A stretch of DNA of 64,000 nt from Microbacteriaceae bacterium (GCA_947453465.1 CANGGL010000001.1:16337-80336), one strand, 5' to 3'; numbered from the stretch's first letter, positions 29,193 to 40,569 are shown. Translations and numbers: made by a program. The notes: generated by a model from the sequence alone, not told the origin.

Positions 29193-30128
29193 TTAGCTCT
29201 TGGTGCCGTTGATGCTTGCGGTGGTTACGCCGAATGACGATAGGTTCCACTTTGCAAGAATCTTGCCGTAGGTGCCGTCATCGATTAGTGACTGAACAGC
29301 TGCCTGGATGGCTGCGGTTAGCTCCTTGTTAGCCTTCAAAACACCGATGCCGGTGAAGACTGGCTCGTAACCGTTTGGGTTAGCCGCGTCGGTGATTAGC
29401 TCGAAGTACTGGCCCTTGCCAGCGGTCTGAGCTGCATAAGCTGCGATCGGTGCGTCCATTACGTCAGCGATGCCCTTGCCAGCGCGAAGAGCGTTTAGAG
29501 CCTCTGGGTCTGATGGGTACTCGTTGATGATGACGGCCTTCTTGCCAGCAGCAACACACTGTGGGGTTAGCGCCTTAAGCATGTCGCCCTGAACGGTTGC
29601 CTTCTGGATGGTGACCGGCTGGCCACATAGGTCCATAAGGGTCTTGACGCCTGCTGGGTTGCCCTTTGCAACAACGATGGCGAAGCCACCCTTGAAGTAG
29701 TCAACGTAGTCAAGGTTCTTCTGGCGCTCTACGGTGTCGTTCATACCCGACATGATGATGTCGTGGTTGCCAGCCTGAAGCGAAGGAATGATGCTGTCCC
29801 AAGCCTGCTTGTTGAAGCTGACGGTCACGCCTAGTTTCTGAGCGATTGACTGTGAAAGGTCGTAGTCGAAACCGGTTGGCTTGTTGTTCTCGTCGAACAT
29901 CTCCATCGGTGCATAAGGAATGTCTGAGGCAACGTTGATGCCAGCGGTCTTGTACTTCTCAGGAAGCATTGCTGCAGCGGCTGAGTCAACCGAAACGGTT
30001 GGGATGGCCATTGCATCGGTGGTTGCTGATGCGCTTGGGGTGGCGGCTGGGGTTGATGAGCAACCGGCCATCATGAGAACAGCTGAGGTTGCCAGTGCGG
30101 CAACGGCTGCGAACTTCATCTTTGACAT
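29193..30128 (-). CDS. Polar amino-acid ABC substrate-binding lipoprotein
   Basis: Lipobox MAGC; YAPME, GFDYDL, DGTYGKIL. Confidence 0.92.
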   Translation of the reverse strand: MSKMKFAAVAALATSAVLMMAGCSSTPAATPSASATTDAMAIPTVSVDSAAAAMLPEKYKTAGINVASDIPYAPMEMFDENNKPTGFDYDLSQSIAQKLGVTVSFNKQAWDSIIPSLQAGNHDIIMSGMNDTVERQKNLDYVDYFKGGFAIVVAKGNPAGVKTLMDLCGQPVTIQKATVQGDMLKALTPQCVAAGKKAVIINEYPSDPEALNALRAGKGIADVMDAPIAAYAAQTAGKGQYFELITDAANPNGYEPVFTGIGVLKANKELTAAIQAAVQSLIDDGTYGKILAKWNLSSFGVTTASINGTKS

Positions 30129-30249
30129 TGATTCTCCTATTAGGGGTTTTTTCTAGATTACAACTCAGTTGTTTCGCGCAGGTTTAAAAGGCCCGAAACG
30201 TGATTGGTTCGTTAGAGAACGCCGGCCACGGTTTCACTGGGCAATTTGC

Positions 30250-31014
30250 CTAGAGAACGCTGCTGATGAATGCCTTGGTGCGCTCATGCTGTGGGTTGTC
30301 GAGAACCTGTGCAGGTGAGCCGGCTTCAACCACTAGACCTTGGTCCATGAAGACCACGGTGTCGGCCACTTCGCGGGCGAAGCCCATCTCGTGGGTCACC
30401 ACAATCATGGTCATGCCCTCCTTGGCGAGGTCGCGCATGACGTTGAGCACGTCACCAACCAACTCAGGGTCAAGTGCCGAGGTTGGCTCATCGAACAACA
30501 TCAACTTTGGCTCCATGGCAAGTGCGCGGGCAATTGCCACGCGCTGCTGCTGGCCACCCGAAAGCTGCGATGGGTAGTGGTCAAACTTGTCGCCCAGGCC
30601 AACTCGCTCGAGCAGTGCCATACCGCGCTTTTTGGCTTTGGCCGGGCTCTCATTGTTCACACCGATGGGTGCCTCAATGACGTTTTCGAGTGCGGTCAGG
30701 TGCGGAAAGAGGTTGAAGCGCTGGAAAACCATGCCGATGTGGCGGCGCTGTGCGGCGATGGCCGAAGGCTTCATCTCGTGCAGAACATCGCCGGCCTGAC
30801 GGTAACCCATTAGGTCACCGTCAACATAGATGCGGCCACCATTGATGGTTTCGAGGTGGTTGATGCAACGCAGGAAGGTTGACTTGCCTGAACCAGATGG
30901 ACCGAGGAGGACCAGAACCTGGCCCTGCTCAACGCTTAGGGTGATGCCCTTGAGGACCTCATTTGAACCGAAAGATTTGCGGACGCTGCGAGCGTCAACC
31001 ATTAGGCCGCTCAT
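30250..31014 (-). CDS. Amino-acid ABC ATP-binding protein
   Basis: [28 protein letters not shown]. Confidence 0.95.
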   Translation of the reverse strand: MSGLMVDARSVRKSFGSNEVLKGITLSVEQGQVLVLLGPSGSGKSTFLRCINHLETINGGRIYVDGDLMGYRQAGDVLHEMKPSAIAAQRRHIGMVFQRFNLFPHLTALENVIEAPIGVNNESPAKAKKRGMALLERVGLGDKFDHYPSQLSGGQQQRVAIARALAMEPKLMLFDEPTSALDPELVGDVLNVMRDLAKEGMTMIVVTHEMGFAREVADTVVFMDQGLVVEAGSPAQVLDNPQHERTKAFISSVL

Positions 31015-31016
31015 GC

Positions 31017-31949
31017 TTAGGCCTTTCCGTTGGTGGTCTCGGGCTGCTTTGCTGTGGCCTTTTGGCCGAAACCAAACATGCGGCTGCGAGCGGTGGTCAC
31101 GTTGAAACCGCGACCATACTTCTTTTCAAGCTGACGCTGTGGAATCGAAAGAATGGTGGTCATCACTAGGTACCAGAAGCCGGCAACAACTAGGAGCTCG
31201 ACCTGGGCCAGGTTCTGAGCCGAGATCATCGTCGACTGGGTGTAAAGCTCAAGAACCGCGACCACCTCGAGGAGGGCGGTGTTCTTCAACATCGAAATGA
31301 ACTCGTTGCCCATCGGCGGGATGATCACGCGCATGGCCTGAGGCAGGATGATTCGGCGCAGGGTGTAACCGCCGCGCATGCCAAGTGAAGCTGCGGCTTC
31401 CATCTGGCCACCATCAACCGAAAGGATGCCGGCGCGAACGATTTCGGCCGAATAAGCAGCTTCGTTTAGCGCAAGTGCGATGATGCCGGCTGCCAGTGAC
31501 GGAATTAGCGCGCTGGTCTGGCCGTGCACAAAGACGATGTCGGTGAAAGGAATTCCGAAGGTAAGGGTTGGGTAAATGATGCCCAGGTAACCCCAGAAGA
31601 CAATCTGAAGCAATAGCGGTGTGCCGCGGAAGAAACCGATGAATGCGCTGGCCACAGCCTTGAGCAATGGGTTCGGCGAGAGCTTCATCACGGCAAGAAC
31701 AACCGCCAGGATGGTGGCGATCAGCATGGCCACGATTGTGATGACCACGGTCAGAACGGCACCATTCAAAATCTGTTCATTGAACAGGTATTTGAGGATG
31801 ATGTCGTGGTCTACCGAAGGTGAGGCCCAAAGCGAGTAAACAAAAAGCGCCAGCACGCCAACAACCAAGACGCCGGAGACCCAGCGCCACGGGTGGCGAA
31901 GCGGCTTTGCCACGACATCGTGATCATTTGTAGAGGCATGCTCATTCAT
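31017..31949 (-). CDS. Amino-acid ABC permease
   Basis: [23 protein letters not shown] loop. Confidence 0.93.
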   Translation of the reverse strand: MNEHASTNDHDVVAKPLRHPWRWVSGVLVVGVLALFVYSLWASPSVDHDIILKYLFNEQILNGAVLTVVITIVAMLIATILAVVLAVMKLSPNPLLKAVASAFIGFFRGTPLLLQIVFWGYLGIIYPTLTFGIPFTDIVFVHGQTSALIPSLAAGIIALALNEAAYSAEIVRAGILSVDGGQMEAAASLGMRGGYTLRRIILPQAMRVIIPPMGNEFISMLKNTALLEVVAVLELYTQSTMISAQNLAQVELLVVAGFWYLVMTTILSIPQRQLEKKYGRGFNVTTARSRMFGFGQKATAKQPETTNGKA

Positions 31950-31965
31950 AGGGGAAAGCCTAGCG

Positions 31966-33156
31966 TTATTCGGCTGCGGCAAGTTGGCCACAGGCGCCAT
32001 CGATTTCTTTGCCTCGGGTGTCGCGAAGAGTGGTCGGGATTCCGGCCTTTTCGAGGCGGTAAATGAACTCGCGGGTGACCTCGCTGGTTGACGCCGTCCA
32101 GATTGAACCCGGGGTTGGGTTTAGCGGAATCGGGTTGACGTGAACCCATCCCTTGCCACGGTCGTTGAGCTTCTGCGCAAGCAGGTCGGCACGCCACGCG
32201 TGGTCGTTCATGTCTTTGATGAGCGCGTACTCAATTGAAACTCGGCGGCCGGTGGCCTCGAAATAGGCACGGGCGGCGTCAAGCACCTCGTCGACCTTCC
32301 ACTTTGAGTTCACCGGGATGAGCTCGTCACGCAAACCGTCATCCGGGGCGTGAAGTGAAAGAGCAAAGGTGACCGGAATCTTTTCTGCGGTGAGTTTTTC
32401 GATCCCTGGCAACAGGCCGACGGTTGAAACCGTGATGTTGCGGGCCGACATGCCGAGGCCCTCGGGCTGCGGGGTGATCATGGTGCGAACGGCGCGCATG
32501 ACGCGGCTGTAGTTGGCGAGGGGTTCACCCATGCCCATGAATACGATGTTGGTGACGCGGTCTGGGGCGTCGGCAAGCTTGGCCTTTGAACCACCGAGTT
32601 CACCGGCGGCGATGACCTGGTTCGCGCGCACGATCTGGTCGACGATTTCTCCGGCAGACATGTTGCGGGTTAGGCCGGCCTGGCCGGTGGCGCAGAACGG
32701 GCAGTTCATGCCGCAGCCTGCCTGGCTTGAGATGCAAAGGGTGATGCGGCCGGTGTAGCGCATGAGAACTGATTCGACCAGGGCGCCATCGTGCAACTTC
32801 CAAAGGAATTTGATGGTGTCGCCGTTGTCGGTCTGCAGGCGCTTGACCTGGGTGAGCAGTTCTGGGAGCAGTGCCTTGACGAGGTCTTCGCGGCCGGCGG
32901 CCGGGAGGTCGGTCATCTCGGCTGGGTCGCTGGTGTACTTCGAGAAGTAGTGGCCGGCGATCTGCTTGGCGCGGAAGGCGGGAACACCGAGTTCCTTCAT
33001 CTTTTCGGCGCGCTCTTCAGGGGTCAGGTCAACGAGGTGAACCGGCGGCTTGCCACGCTTTACCTCGGCAAATTGGAGCAGTGGTTTGCCGGTTTTTTCG
33101 TCCAGCTTCTGCTTCCAGCCCTCGGTCGCTGGTCTGACCTGTGGTCGTTGCGACAT
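31966..33156 (-). CDS. rlmN: 23S rRNA (A2503) C2-methyltransferase
   Basis: [29 protein letters not shown]. Confidence 0.97.
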   Translation of the reverse strand: MSQRPQVRPATEGWKQKLDEKTGKPLLQFAEVKRGKPPVHLVDLTPEERAEKMKELGVPAFRAKQIAGHYFSKYTSDPAEMTDLPAAGREDLVKALLPELLTQVKRLQTDNGDTIKFLWKLHDGALVESVLMRYTGRITLCISSQAGCGMNCPFCATGQAGLTRNMSAGEIVDQIVRANQVIAAGELGGSKAKLADAPDRVTNIVFMGMGEPLANYSRVMRAVRTMITPQPEGLGMSARNITVSTVGLLPGIEKLTAEKIPVTFALSLHAPDDGLRDELIPVNSKWKVDEVLDAARAYFEATGRRVSIEYALIKDMNDHAWRADLLAQKLNDRGKGWVHVNPIPLNPTPGSIWTASTSEVTREFIYRLEKAGIPTTLRDTRGKEIDGACGQLAAAE

Positions 33157-33207
33157 GGTGGGCTCCTAAAGATTTGATAACAGTCAATATTAGAGCGCTT
33201 TTCTGAC

Positions 33208-33221
33208 TGTAACCGCTTACA
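33208..33221. promoter_or_regulatory. LacI-family operator
   Basis: Near-palindrome TGTAACCGCTTACA upstream of the GH13_18 gene. Confidence 0.7.
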
Positions 33222-33296
33222 TGTTTCGACTAAAGTTGAGCGATATACGTTGACGAACCGATGGCGCATCGCCGCGCTTGGTTCAAGGAGGAACAA

Positions 33297-34766
33297 ATGT
33301 CTGGTGCGAGCATCCTGGTTTATGCCGAGCGCGTTGGTGGCAATCTTGGCCACATCGAAAAGCTTCTTAAGGGCCCGCTAGCCGACTTCAACGGCATCCA
33401 CGTCTTGCCTTTCTTTCACCCGTATGACGGTGACGACGCCGGGTTTGACCCGATTGACCACAAGATTGTTGACCCGCGCCTTGGCAACTGGGCAGACTTC
33501 AAGCGCCTTGCCGACACCCATGAGCTAACCGCCGACCTGATTGTGAACCACGCTTCGGCGCTTTCACCTGAGTTCATCGACTGGCAGGAGAAGGGCGATG
33601 CTTCGGAGTATGCCGGCCTGTTCTTGACCTTCGACACCGTCTTCCCTAACGGCGGCACCGAAGAGGGCATCACCTCTTTCTATCGCCCACGCCCAGGAAT
33701 GCCTTTCACCGCGTATGAGGTTGCCGGCAAGCGCCGTTTGGTTTGGACCACCTTCATGCCTTCACAGGTTGACATCGACATCAAGCACGAGAAGGGCCAG
33801 GCCTACCTGCGCTCGATTCTTGACGCGCTGAAGTCTGGTGGCGTCAAAGTTGTTCGTCTGGATGCCGTTGGTTATGCGGTCAAGACCCCGGGCACCGACT
33901 CATTCATGACCCCTGAGACCCTCGAGTTTGTTGAAGAGATTGCCGAGCTGATTCAGTCTTATGGCATGCGCGTGCTGGTTGAGGTTCACGCCCACTACAC
34001 CCAGCAGCTTGAGATTGCGCCGCTGGTTGACCTGATCTACGACTTCCAGACGGCTCCGCTGCTGTTGCACTCGTTCTTCACCGGCACCGTTGACCGCCTG
34101 GATGACTGGTTCAAGATTCGCCCGGCAAACTGCCTGAACGTTCTTGACACCCACGACGGCTATGGCGTCATCGATGGTGGGCCAATCAACGGCCGCCCGG
34201 GTCTGATCACCCAGGATGAGATGGCATTCATCTTCAAGAAGGCCGAAGAGAACACGGGCGGTCACAGCGCGATTGCCTCGGTTGTGCCGCAGTGGTTCAC
34301 CCTGCCTCACCAGATCAACGCCACTTTGCCAAACATCGTGGGCGATGACGTGGCCTACGTGATCATGCGTGCGGTTCAGTTCTTCTTGCCTGGCGAACCA
34401 CAGATTTACTACGTCGGTTTGTTCAACGGCATGGATGACGTTGAGCTGTTCAACAAGACCGGCCAGGGCCGCGATGTTAACCGCCACAACTACACCCCTG
34501 AAGAGATTGAGGCTGCCTTGCAGCAGCCGGTTACTCAGGCGATTCTTGGTTTGGCGCGTTTGCGCAAGTTGCCGGTTTTCGAGGGTGTGTTCGCTTGGTC
34601 TGTCGTTGGTGGGGATGCATTGCGCCTTGATTGGGTCAATGGTTCAGACAAGTTGTCCCTTGAGTTCTCGACCAAGGTTGGCGCCCCTTCATTCACCGTC
34701 TCGGTGACTGATGCCAACGGTTCACGCAGCTACAACTCAATCGAAGAATTGGGTTCTGCTCGCTAA
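33297..34766 (+). CDS. GH13_18 sucrose-phosphorylase-family enzyme
   Basis: HVLPFF, DAGFDP, YRPRP, RLDAVGY, VEVH, LDTHDG, PQIYYVG, GRDVNRH; AGGAGG RBS. Confidence 0.9.
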   Translation: MSGASILVYAERVGGNLGHIEKLLKGPLADFNGIHVLPFFHPYDGDDAGFDPIDHKIVDPRLGNWADFKRLADTHELTADLIVNHASALSPEFIDWQEKGDASEYAGLFLTFDTVFPNGGTEEGITSFYRPRPGMPFTAYEVAGKRRLVWTTFMPSQVDIDIKHEKGQAYLRSILDALKSGGVKVVRLDAVGYAVKTPGTDSFMTPETLEFVEEIAELIQSYGMRVLVEVHAHYTQQLEIAPLVDLIYDFQTAPLLLHSFFTGTVDRLDDWFKIRPANCLNVLDTHDGYGVIDGGPINGRPGLITQDEMAFIFKKAEENTGGHSAIASVVPQWFTLPHQINATLPNIVGDDVAYVIMRAVQFFLPGEPQIYYVGLFNGMDDVELFNKTGQGRDVNRHNYTPEEIEAALQQPVTQAILGLARLRKLPVFEGVFAWSVVGGDALRLDWVNGSDKLSLEFSTKVGAPSFTVSVTDANGSRSYNSIEELGSAR

Positions 34767-35371
34767 ATTTCTACGCCGCGGGCGGTTAGGGCTTCGGCGA
34801 AATCATCCGCGTATTTGAGTGATGCCACGAGCAGTGGCACGGTCATGAGCGCCGCGGTTGGTTTGACGCCTCTGGCCAGCTGGGCCTCTTTGGTTTGGGC
34901 AGAAAATTTGGCAATCATCGGGATGGCGTTAATTGCCATCGAAATGGCCAGGCTCAGGGTTTGAGGTTTAACTCCGAGCGGTTTGAGCGGTTGGCTGGCG
35001 CGTTCGATAGTGGCCACCATCTCGGAGTTTTTTGTGGTCATGGTAAACAGGCTCGCGAGCAGGATGGCGTCGGTGAGGCGCAGGGCGTTGGCCGCGACGG
35101 CGGGCCAGGATGAGCCGAAGAGCAGCTGCGGAATCACGATGATGGCCAATAGGTATTTGAGTGACCAGAGTTGTTTGGCCAGGAGGGCTGGGCCGTTGGC
35201 TGGGAAGGCGATGGTGAACAGACCGAGGATGGCGATTAGGACGGCGATTCCGGTGAGTGGATTTGTGGCGATTATCGAGATCAGGGTGACCAGGATGATC
35301 AGGGCGAGCAGTTTTGCGCCGGCCGGCAGGCGATGCAGAAAAGAAGCCCCTGGGCGAAAAAGAGTGCCCAT
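34763..35371 (-). CDS. bioN: Biotin ECF transporter T component
   Basis: SFLHRLPAGAKL and two ARG motifs. Confidence 0.85.
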   Translation of the reverse strand: MGTLFRPGASFLHRLPAGAKLLALIILVTLISIIATNPLTGIAVLIAILGLFTIAFPANGPALLAKQLWSLKYLLAIIVIPQLLFGSSWPAVAANALRLTDAILLASLFTMTTKNSEMVATIERASQPLKPLGVKPQTLSLAISMAINAIPMIAKFSAQTKEAQLARGVKPTAALMTVPLLVASLKYADDFAEALTARGVEI

Positions 35372-36048
35372 CAGTTTTCAGCCAAATATGCCGAGATAAT
35401 CGGGGCTGGCTCGCCAAATTCGACAAGTTTTGCCCCGGCAAAACGGAGGATTATGTCGCAGTTGGCCGCAAGGTTGAGGTCGTGGGTGACCAAGACAACC
35501 TGCTGCTCCAACTCATCCAAGAGCACCTCGGCAACCCGGCGGCTGTTGGTTAGGTCCAGCATCGCGGTGGGTTCATCAGCCACGATGAGCTTTGGCTCGG
35601 CCACCACAATTGCGCTGATGGCCAGCAGCTGCTTTTGCCCACCCGAGAGCGAATGCGCGGCTTGGTCGGCCAGGTGATCAATCTTGAATCGCTGCAGAAC
35701 GGCGAGTGCCCTGGTCTGGATGTCACCGGTGCTCAGCCCCGATGAGCGCAGCGAAAATGCGACGTCTTCGAGGACGGTTGGCATGATGATCTGAACATCG
35801 GGGTTGCTGAAAATGAAACCGGTTTGGCGGCGGGCCGCCTTTGCGTCTTTGGCCGGGTTGATGCCGCCGACGGTCACCAGGCCCGAGGTTGGCGTGACCA
35901 AACCATTGAGCAGGCGGGCAAAGGTTGATTTGCCCGAGCCGTTGAGACCAATCACACCGATGCGTTTTTGGTCGAGTTTGACCGAGACGCCATCGAGTGC
36001 GGTTTTGCCATCGAAGGCAACCGAGACGGCATTAAGATCAATCAACAT
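35371..36048 (-). CDS. bioM: Biotin ECF transporter ATPase
   Basis: GLNGSGKST, LSGGQKQ, DEPT. Confidence 0.85.
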   Translation of the reverse strand: MLIDLNAVSVAFDGKTALDGVSVKLDQKRIGVIGLNGSGKSTFARLLNGLVTPTSGLVTVGGINPAKDAKAARRQTGFIFSNPDVQIIMPTVLEDVAFSLRSSGLSTGDIQTRALAVLQRFKIDHLADQAAHSLSGGQKQLLAISAIVVAEPKLIVADEPTAMLDLTNSRRVAEVLLDELEQQVVLVTHDLNLAANCDIILRFAGAKLVEFGEPAPIISAYLAEN

Positions 36049-36071
36049 GGTCTTAGCCTATTGCCGCCAAA

Positions 36072-36635
36072 TTAGTTCTTGAAGGCCTTTGGGTAGGCGC
36101 GATAAAGGGCCGCAACCACGATGGCGGTGATGGCCACCTTGATTGAGTCGCCGACCAGGAACGGGGTTGCCCAGGCGGTTGACTGCTCGAGCGAAACACC
36201 GGCAATCTGTGCGCAAACCGGGATGCCGATTGCGTAGATGACGACGATGCCACCGAGGACTGAACCAAGAATGGTGCGGATGACCGAAGGCTTGCCCTTG
36301 GCAGAGTTTGCGATGAGGCCGACGACGAATGCGCCTGGGATCCAGGCGATTAGGTAACCCGCCGATGGGCTCGTGGTGAATGGGGCGATGCCGCCGTTGA
36401 AGCCAGACAGGATCGGTAGGCCGATGAGGGCAAGAAGTTCGAAGAGTGCAACGGCAAGTGCGCCGCGGGTTGCGCCGAGAATGGCACCGGCCAACATCAC
36501 GCCAAGAGTCTGCAGGGTGATTGGCACGCCACCAGGAAGTGGGATGGCTCCGGGAGTTCCAAGAACTGCGATGATGGCCGCAAAGATTGCGATTCGAGAC
36601 AGGTCGCGAAGGGTGATCTTGGTGCTTACGGCCAT
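36072..36635 (-). CDS. bioY: Biotin ECF S component
   Basis: VPITLQTLGVMLAG, IGLP, PSAGYL, PFLVGD. Confidence 0.93.
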   Translation of the reverse strand: MAVSTKITLRDLSRIAIFAAIIAVLGTPGAIPLPGGVPITLQTLGVMLAGAILGATRGALAVALFELLALIGLPILSGFNGGIAPFTTSPSAGYLIAWIPGAFVVGLIANSAKGKPSVIRTILGSVLGGIVVIYAIGIPVCAQIAGVSLEQSTAWATPFLVGDSIKVAITAIVVAALYRAYPKAFKN

Positions 36636-36685
36636 GGGGCTGCTCCTAAAACTTGGGTTTTCGATCGACCGTTTGGCCGATTCAC

Positions 36686-36698
36686 TGAACACTGTTCA
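36686..36698. promoter_or_regulatory. BioQ operator
   Basis: TGAAC-ACT-GTTCA matches the actinobacterial BioQ site TGAAC-N3-GTTCA; lies between bioY and the TetR gene. Confidence 0.85.
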
Positions 36699-36722
36699 TG
36701 ATGTTAGTAGACTTGTAGTGAA

Positions 36723-37460
36723 ATGAACAACTCGACCGAATCTGCCAAGGGCGCCGATGCCCTGTCGAGCCGCGCACACGCTGCGCCGCCGATGAAGGCT
36801 GGGAGCTATACCCGTGCGCATTTGGTTGAGACCGCGCTGCGCATCCTTGATGAATTTGGTCTTGCCGACCTCTCGATGCGCCGACTTGCCGGTGTTCTTG
36901 AAGTTGCGCCGAGCGCGCTCTATTGGCATGTGCCAAACAAGCAGACCCTGTTGGCGCTGGTTGCCGACCAGATAATTAGCCGCGCTGCACCGGTTGATCA
37001 CGCCGATTTTGTGACGAATGAGGCCATCGACTGGAAGGCCGTGACGCTGGCTGAGGGTCGCGCTATTCGCGATGCCCTGCTGGCCTACCGCGATGGAGCC
37101 GAAGTGGTTAGCAGCACCTTGGCTCTCGGGCTTGGTGCCGGTGAGGCTTTGGCTCGAATTCGCTCAGGTTTGGATTATGTCTGCGGTTCAGTGGCCAATG
37201 GGCCGGCGATTGCCGAGGTCACCGGGGAGTCACTGCTGTTTTTGATTCTCGGTCAGGTTTGGCATCAGCAGCAGCGAATGCAGGCCGACAGCCTGGGTGT
37301 GGTTTCACCCGAGTTTGGGCTGCAGCCAGGCGATGCTTCGGACGCGGGTGTGCTTGCCGGTGCAGGATTGCGCGTTTTGCCCGTGCAAAGCGACTCGCTT
37401 GATTTTGGCATCGAGTTGATTCTTGATGGTCTTGAAAAGCGTTTGGCCACCGCCCCTTAG
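36723..37460 (+). CDS. bioQ: TetR-family biotin regulator
   Basis: LSMRRLA..APSALYWH.PNKQTLL and RDGAEVV; divergent from bioY; operator present. Confidence 0.8.
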   Translation: MNNSTESAKGADALSSRAHAAPPMKAGSYTRAHLVETALRILDEFGLADLSMRRLAGVLEVAPSALYWHVPNKQTLLALVADQIISRAAPVDHADFVTNEAIDWKAVTLAEGRAIRDALLAYRDGAEVVSSTLALGLGAGEALARIRSGLDYVCGSVANGPAIAEVTGESLLFLILGQVWHQQQRMQADSLGVVSPEFGLQPGDASDAGVLAGAGLRVLPVQSDSLDFGIELILDGLEKRLATAP

Positions 37461-37522
37461 TGAGCCCGGCAGAATTTGAGGCGCCTGAGGTTAGTGCGCC
37501 CAACAGAGGTTAACCTTTAAGG

Positions 37523-38275
37523 ATGGACCTCGACGAACTTCTTCAGTGCGCACTTGACGCAGCAAATATTGGTGCCGCAGAGCTGAAGAAGCGCTTTCGC
37601 GGGCCGCTGCAAATCAGCTCAAAGACCTCACCCGAAGACCACGTGACCGATGCCGACCTGGCCTCTGAATCGATGGTTCGTGCGGCCATCGCCGAGCGCC
37701 GCCCCGAAGACACCATCACCGGAGAAGAGCTAGCCAACCAGGTTGGCGCAAACGCCAAGGTGCGCTGGAGCATTGACCCGCTCGATGGCACGGTCAACTA
37801 CACCCGCGGGTTCCCGAACTACTGCACCTCAGTTGGTGCGGCATCGGTTGAAACCGGCGAATGGCTGGTTGGCGCCGTGGTTGCCCCTTCACTCGGGGTC
37901 ACCTATTTTGCCAAGCGCGGCGGCGGAGCATTTGTGATGCGTGATGGCGAGACCATCCAGTTGTTTGGCCCACCGGCAGACCGAGTCAGCAAGATTGTTG
38001 CCACCGGTTTTTCATACCAGGCCGAGAAGCGCATCCCCCAGCTGCAAAAGTTGATTGAACTGATGCCAGAGTTTGTAGACATCCGCCGAATGGGTTCGGC
38101 CGCGCTCGATATCTGTGCGGTTGCCGAGGGCGCCATTGATGCCTATTACGAGGCCGACATCAAGGAATATGACTGGGCCGCTTCGGCGCTCATCGCCGAG
38201 GAAGCCGGTCTAACCGTTCAGCGCCCGGCTTTTGTCGGTGACCTGTGTCACGTCTGGTTGCGCATTAACTACTAA
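37523..38275 (+). CDS. Inositol monophosphatase family protein
   Basis: VTDAD, GEE, IDPLDGTVNY, RRMGSAALD, YDWAA. Confidence 0.92.
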   Translation: MDLDELLQCALDAANIGAAELKKRFRGPLQISSKTSPEDHVTDADLASESMVRAAIAERRPEDTITGEELANQVGANAKVRWSIDPLDGTVNYTRGFPNYCTSVGAASVETGEWLVGAVVAPSLGVTYFAKRGGGAFVMRDGETIQLFGPPADRVSKIVATGFSYQAEKRIPQLQKLIELMPEFVDIRRMGSAALDICAVAEGAIDAYYEADIKEYDWAASALIAEEAGLTVQRPAFVGDLCHVWLRINY

Positions 38276-39008
38276 GGTGCTCTCCAAAGAACTTCTCAAT
38301 GCGCAGCCAAGCATCCTTGGCGTCAACTGGGTTTGGCTTGGCGCCTGAAACACGTAAAAGGCTGCCGAAGACCGGGCCACCACCCTGCTTCGGGTTCATG
38401 AACGCGTGTCCAGAATCTGGGTAGACCTTGATGTCGTGGGTCACCTTTAGTTTGGTGAGCGTGGAATCTAGTTTGACCTTGGCGTCCTTGAGCTGGCCAT
38501 CCTTGCCGCCATAGTTGCCGAGGATAGGGCAGGCTCCGGCGAGCGCGGTCTCCATGTCCTTCGGCAGCATGCCGTAGTTTGCGTTGGCCGCGTCATAGCC
38601 CTGGTTGGCAAGCAAGAGGGCAAAGCCACCACCCATGCAGAAGCCAATCACGCCAACCTTGTCGGTGACATCTGCGCGTGATGCCAATAGCGCCTTGGCC
38701 GCAGCAACGTCATCGAAGGCCTGGCCCTTGCCTGCGGCGAGCGCCCTGAAGGTTGAGGTTAAGCACTTGCGCATACCGCCGCGGCTATAAAGGTCTGGCA
38801 TCAGCACCACATAGCCGGCCTGAGCCAGGCGGGTGATCTGCGCGCGCATGTTGTCATCGATGCCGAAGACCTCGTGAACCATGACCACCGACGGCCACGG
38901 ACCCTTGCCCTCTGGCACAGCAAGCAGGCCACTCAGCTCTGGGGTGATTTGGATGTTAGTGAGGGTTGGGCTCATCGGCTTGGCCGAATCTTTGGCTGCA
39001 GAGGTCAT
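38265..39008 (-). CDS. Dienelactone hydrolase family protein
   Basis: HEVFG, GFCMGG, GHAFMN. Confidence 0.92.
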   Translation of the reverse strand: MTSAAKDSAKPMSPTLTNIQITPELSGLLAVPEGKGPWPSVVMVHEVFGIDDNMRAQITRLAQAGYVVLMPDLYSRGGMRKCLTSTFRALAAGKGQAFDDVAAAKALLASRADVTDKVGVIGFCMGGGFALLLANQGYDAANANYGMLPKDMETALAGACPILGNYGGKDGQLKDAKVKLDSTLTKLKVTHDIKVYPDSGHAFMNPKQGGGPVFGSLLRVSGAKPNPVDAKDAWLRIEKFFGEHLSS

Positions 39009-39021
39009 GCTCTGAGAATAC

Positions 39022-40569
39022 CTAGATTGTGCCGTTATCCAGGCCAGCAAGCACCTGTTTTGCTCGCTCGCGAAGCTCAGGCAAATCACTCAGGCGGTTG
39101 AGGCCAAAAATCTGCTGGCTCATCCGGTGGTTCTTCACGAATCGGTCACGGTGACGGTCGAGGAAATCCCAATAGAGAGTGGTGAATGGGCAAGCATCAT
39201 CGCCCACCCGCTTCTTAGGGTCATAGGCGCAGCCCTTGCAAGACTGAGTCATCTTATTCAGGTATGAACCGCCGGCAGCATAAGGTTTGGTCATCAAAAT
39301 GCCACCATCGGCGTGGGTGGCCATGCCAATCACGTTTGGCACCATCACCCACTCAGATGCATCGATGAACTGCTCACGCATCCAATCGAGAAACTCTTGC
39401 GGGTTGGTGCCGGTCACCAACGCCAGGTTGCTGAGCACCATGAGGCGCGGAATGTGGTGCGCCCAGGCACGCGCCTCGACATCTCCAACCACCTGCTTCA
39501 TGCAAGCCATCTGCGTCTTCGATGAATCGGTGAAGAGCGGCAGCAGTTTGCGCGTTGCACCCAGCCCGTTCTTAGCGCGATAGTCAGGACCCAAGAACCA
39601 ATACATGCCATTGATGTATTCACGCCAGCCGATGACCTGGCGCACAAACGCCTCTACAGAACCAATTGCTTTGTTCTGTGTCTCGTAGGCCGCCAGAACC
39701 GCATCGATAACCTCACTGGCATGCAGCAAACCGTTGTTTAGGTATGGGCTGAGCAGTGAGTGGTGAAGAGCCCAGTTATCGGCTGCGATGGCGTCTTCGT
39801 AAGGGCCAAAGCCTTCGAGGTGGTGCTCCAGGAAATAGGCAAGCTGCGCGAGTGCGCCGGCCCGGGTGGTGGCCCAAGTGTTGGTCACCTGCCAATCGAC
39901 GGCGTCAGGGGCGAGGCCGATTGCGTTCTTGATTTCGGCGGCAACCGCTTTGTCTAACTCGTCACGCGGGTGCTCGAGGTAGGCCGGCCAGGTGTAGTTC
40001 TTCGGCGGTGGCAAGCGGTTATCGGCATCGAAGTTCCATCGACCACCATCGGGTTCACCATCGGTAACCAGGATGCCGAGGCGTACTCGCTGGGCACGAT
40101 AGAAGTTCTCCATCACGAAAGTCTTTTGACGGCCTGCCCAGAGTTTGAAGTCTGGTCGCGAGGTCAAGAAGAAGTCGTTTGCCACAAACGTGACACCAAA
40201 CTCGGTGAGCAGCTGCATCAGCTTGAAGGAAGAAGGTTCGGCGGCGTGAATCGGCAGGTTGCCGAATTCGGCTCGCGCGGCGTTCAGGCCATCGATGGTG
40301 GTCGGTGCTTTTAGGTAGCGAACCGTGTAACCCTCGGCTTCGAGCTCGGCAGCAAAGTGCCGTGCCGAGGAGATCAGGAAAAACAGGCGCTCGGGGTGCC
40401 ATGGGCGGCCAGTGGTCATTCTGGCGCTTTCAACCAGAACCACGACATCGGTGGCCGGGTCGGCGGTCTTCAAAACCCCGCGATCACGGTTTAGGTGGTC
40501 ATGCGCGATGTAAAGAATGCGCTTGCGTTGGTTGGTCGACGAACCTGCGGTCACTATGCGCCTTTGCAT
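39022..40569 (-). CDS. FeS-type bacterial cryptochrome/(6-4) photolyase (PhrB/CryB-like); start may be GTG at 40554
   Basis: MENFYR, GGRWNFD, FGPYEDA, HSLLS, GWREY, HHIPRLM, KPY; four Cys (MAC, CKGC, ACPF). Confidence 0.92.
   Translation of the reverse strand: MQRRIVTAGSSTNQRKRILYIAHDHLNRDRGVLKTADPATDVVVLVESARMTTGRPWHPERLFFLISSARHFAAELEAEGYTVRYLKAPTTIDGLNAARAEFGNLPIHAAEPSSFKLMQLLTEFGVTFVANDFFLTSRPDFKLWAGRQKTFVMENFYRAQRVRLGILVTDGEPDGGRWNFDADNRLPPPKNYTWPAYLEHPRDELDKAVAAEIKNAIGLAPDAVDWQVTNTWATTRAGALAQLAYFLEHHLEGFGPYEDAIAADNWALHHSLLSPYLNNGLLHASEVIDAVLAAYETQNKAIGSVEAFVRQVIGWREYINGMYWFLGPDYRAKNGLGATRKLLPLFTDSSKTQMACMKQVVGDVEARAWAHHIPRLMVLSNLALVTGTNPQEFLDWMREQFIDASEWVMVPNVIGMATHADGGILMTKPYAAGGSYLNKMTQSCKGCAYDPKKRVGDDACPFTTLYWDFLDRHRDRFVKNHRMSQQIFGLNRLSDLPELRERAKQVLAGLDNGTI

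Noticed and set aside
36072-37460. bioYMN-bioQ as a novel system
   Set aside because: Matches the known actinobacterial BioQ regulon, including its operator.
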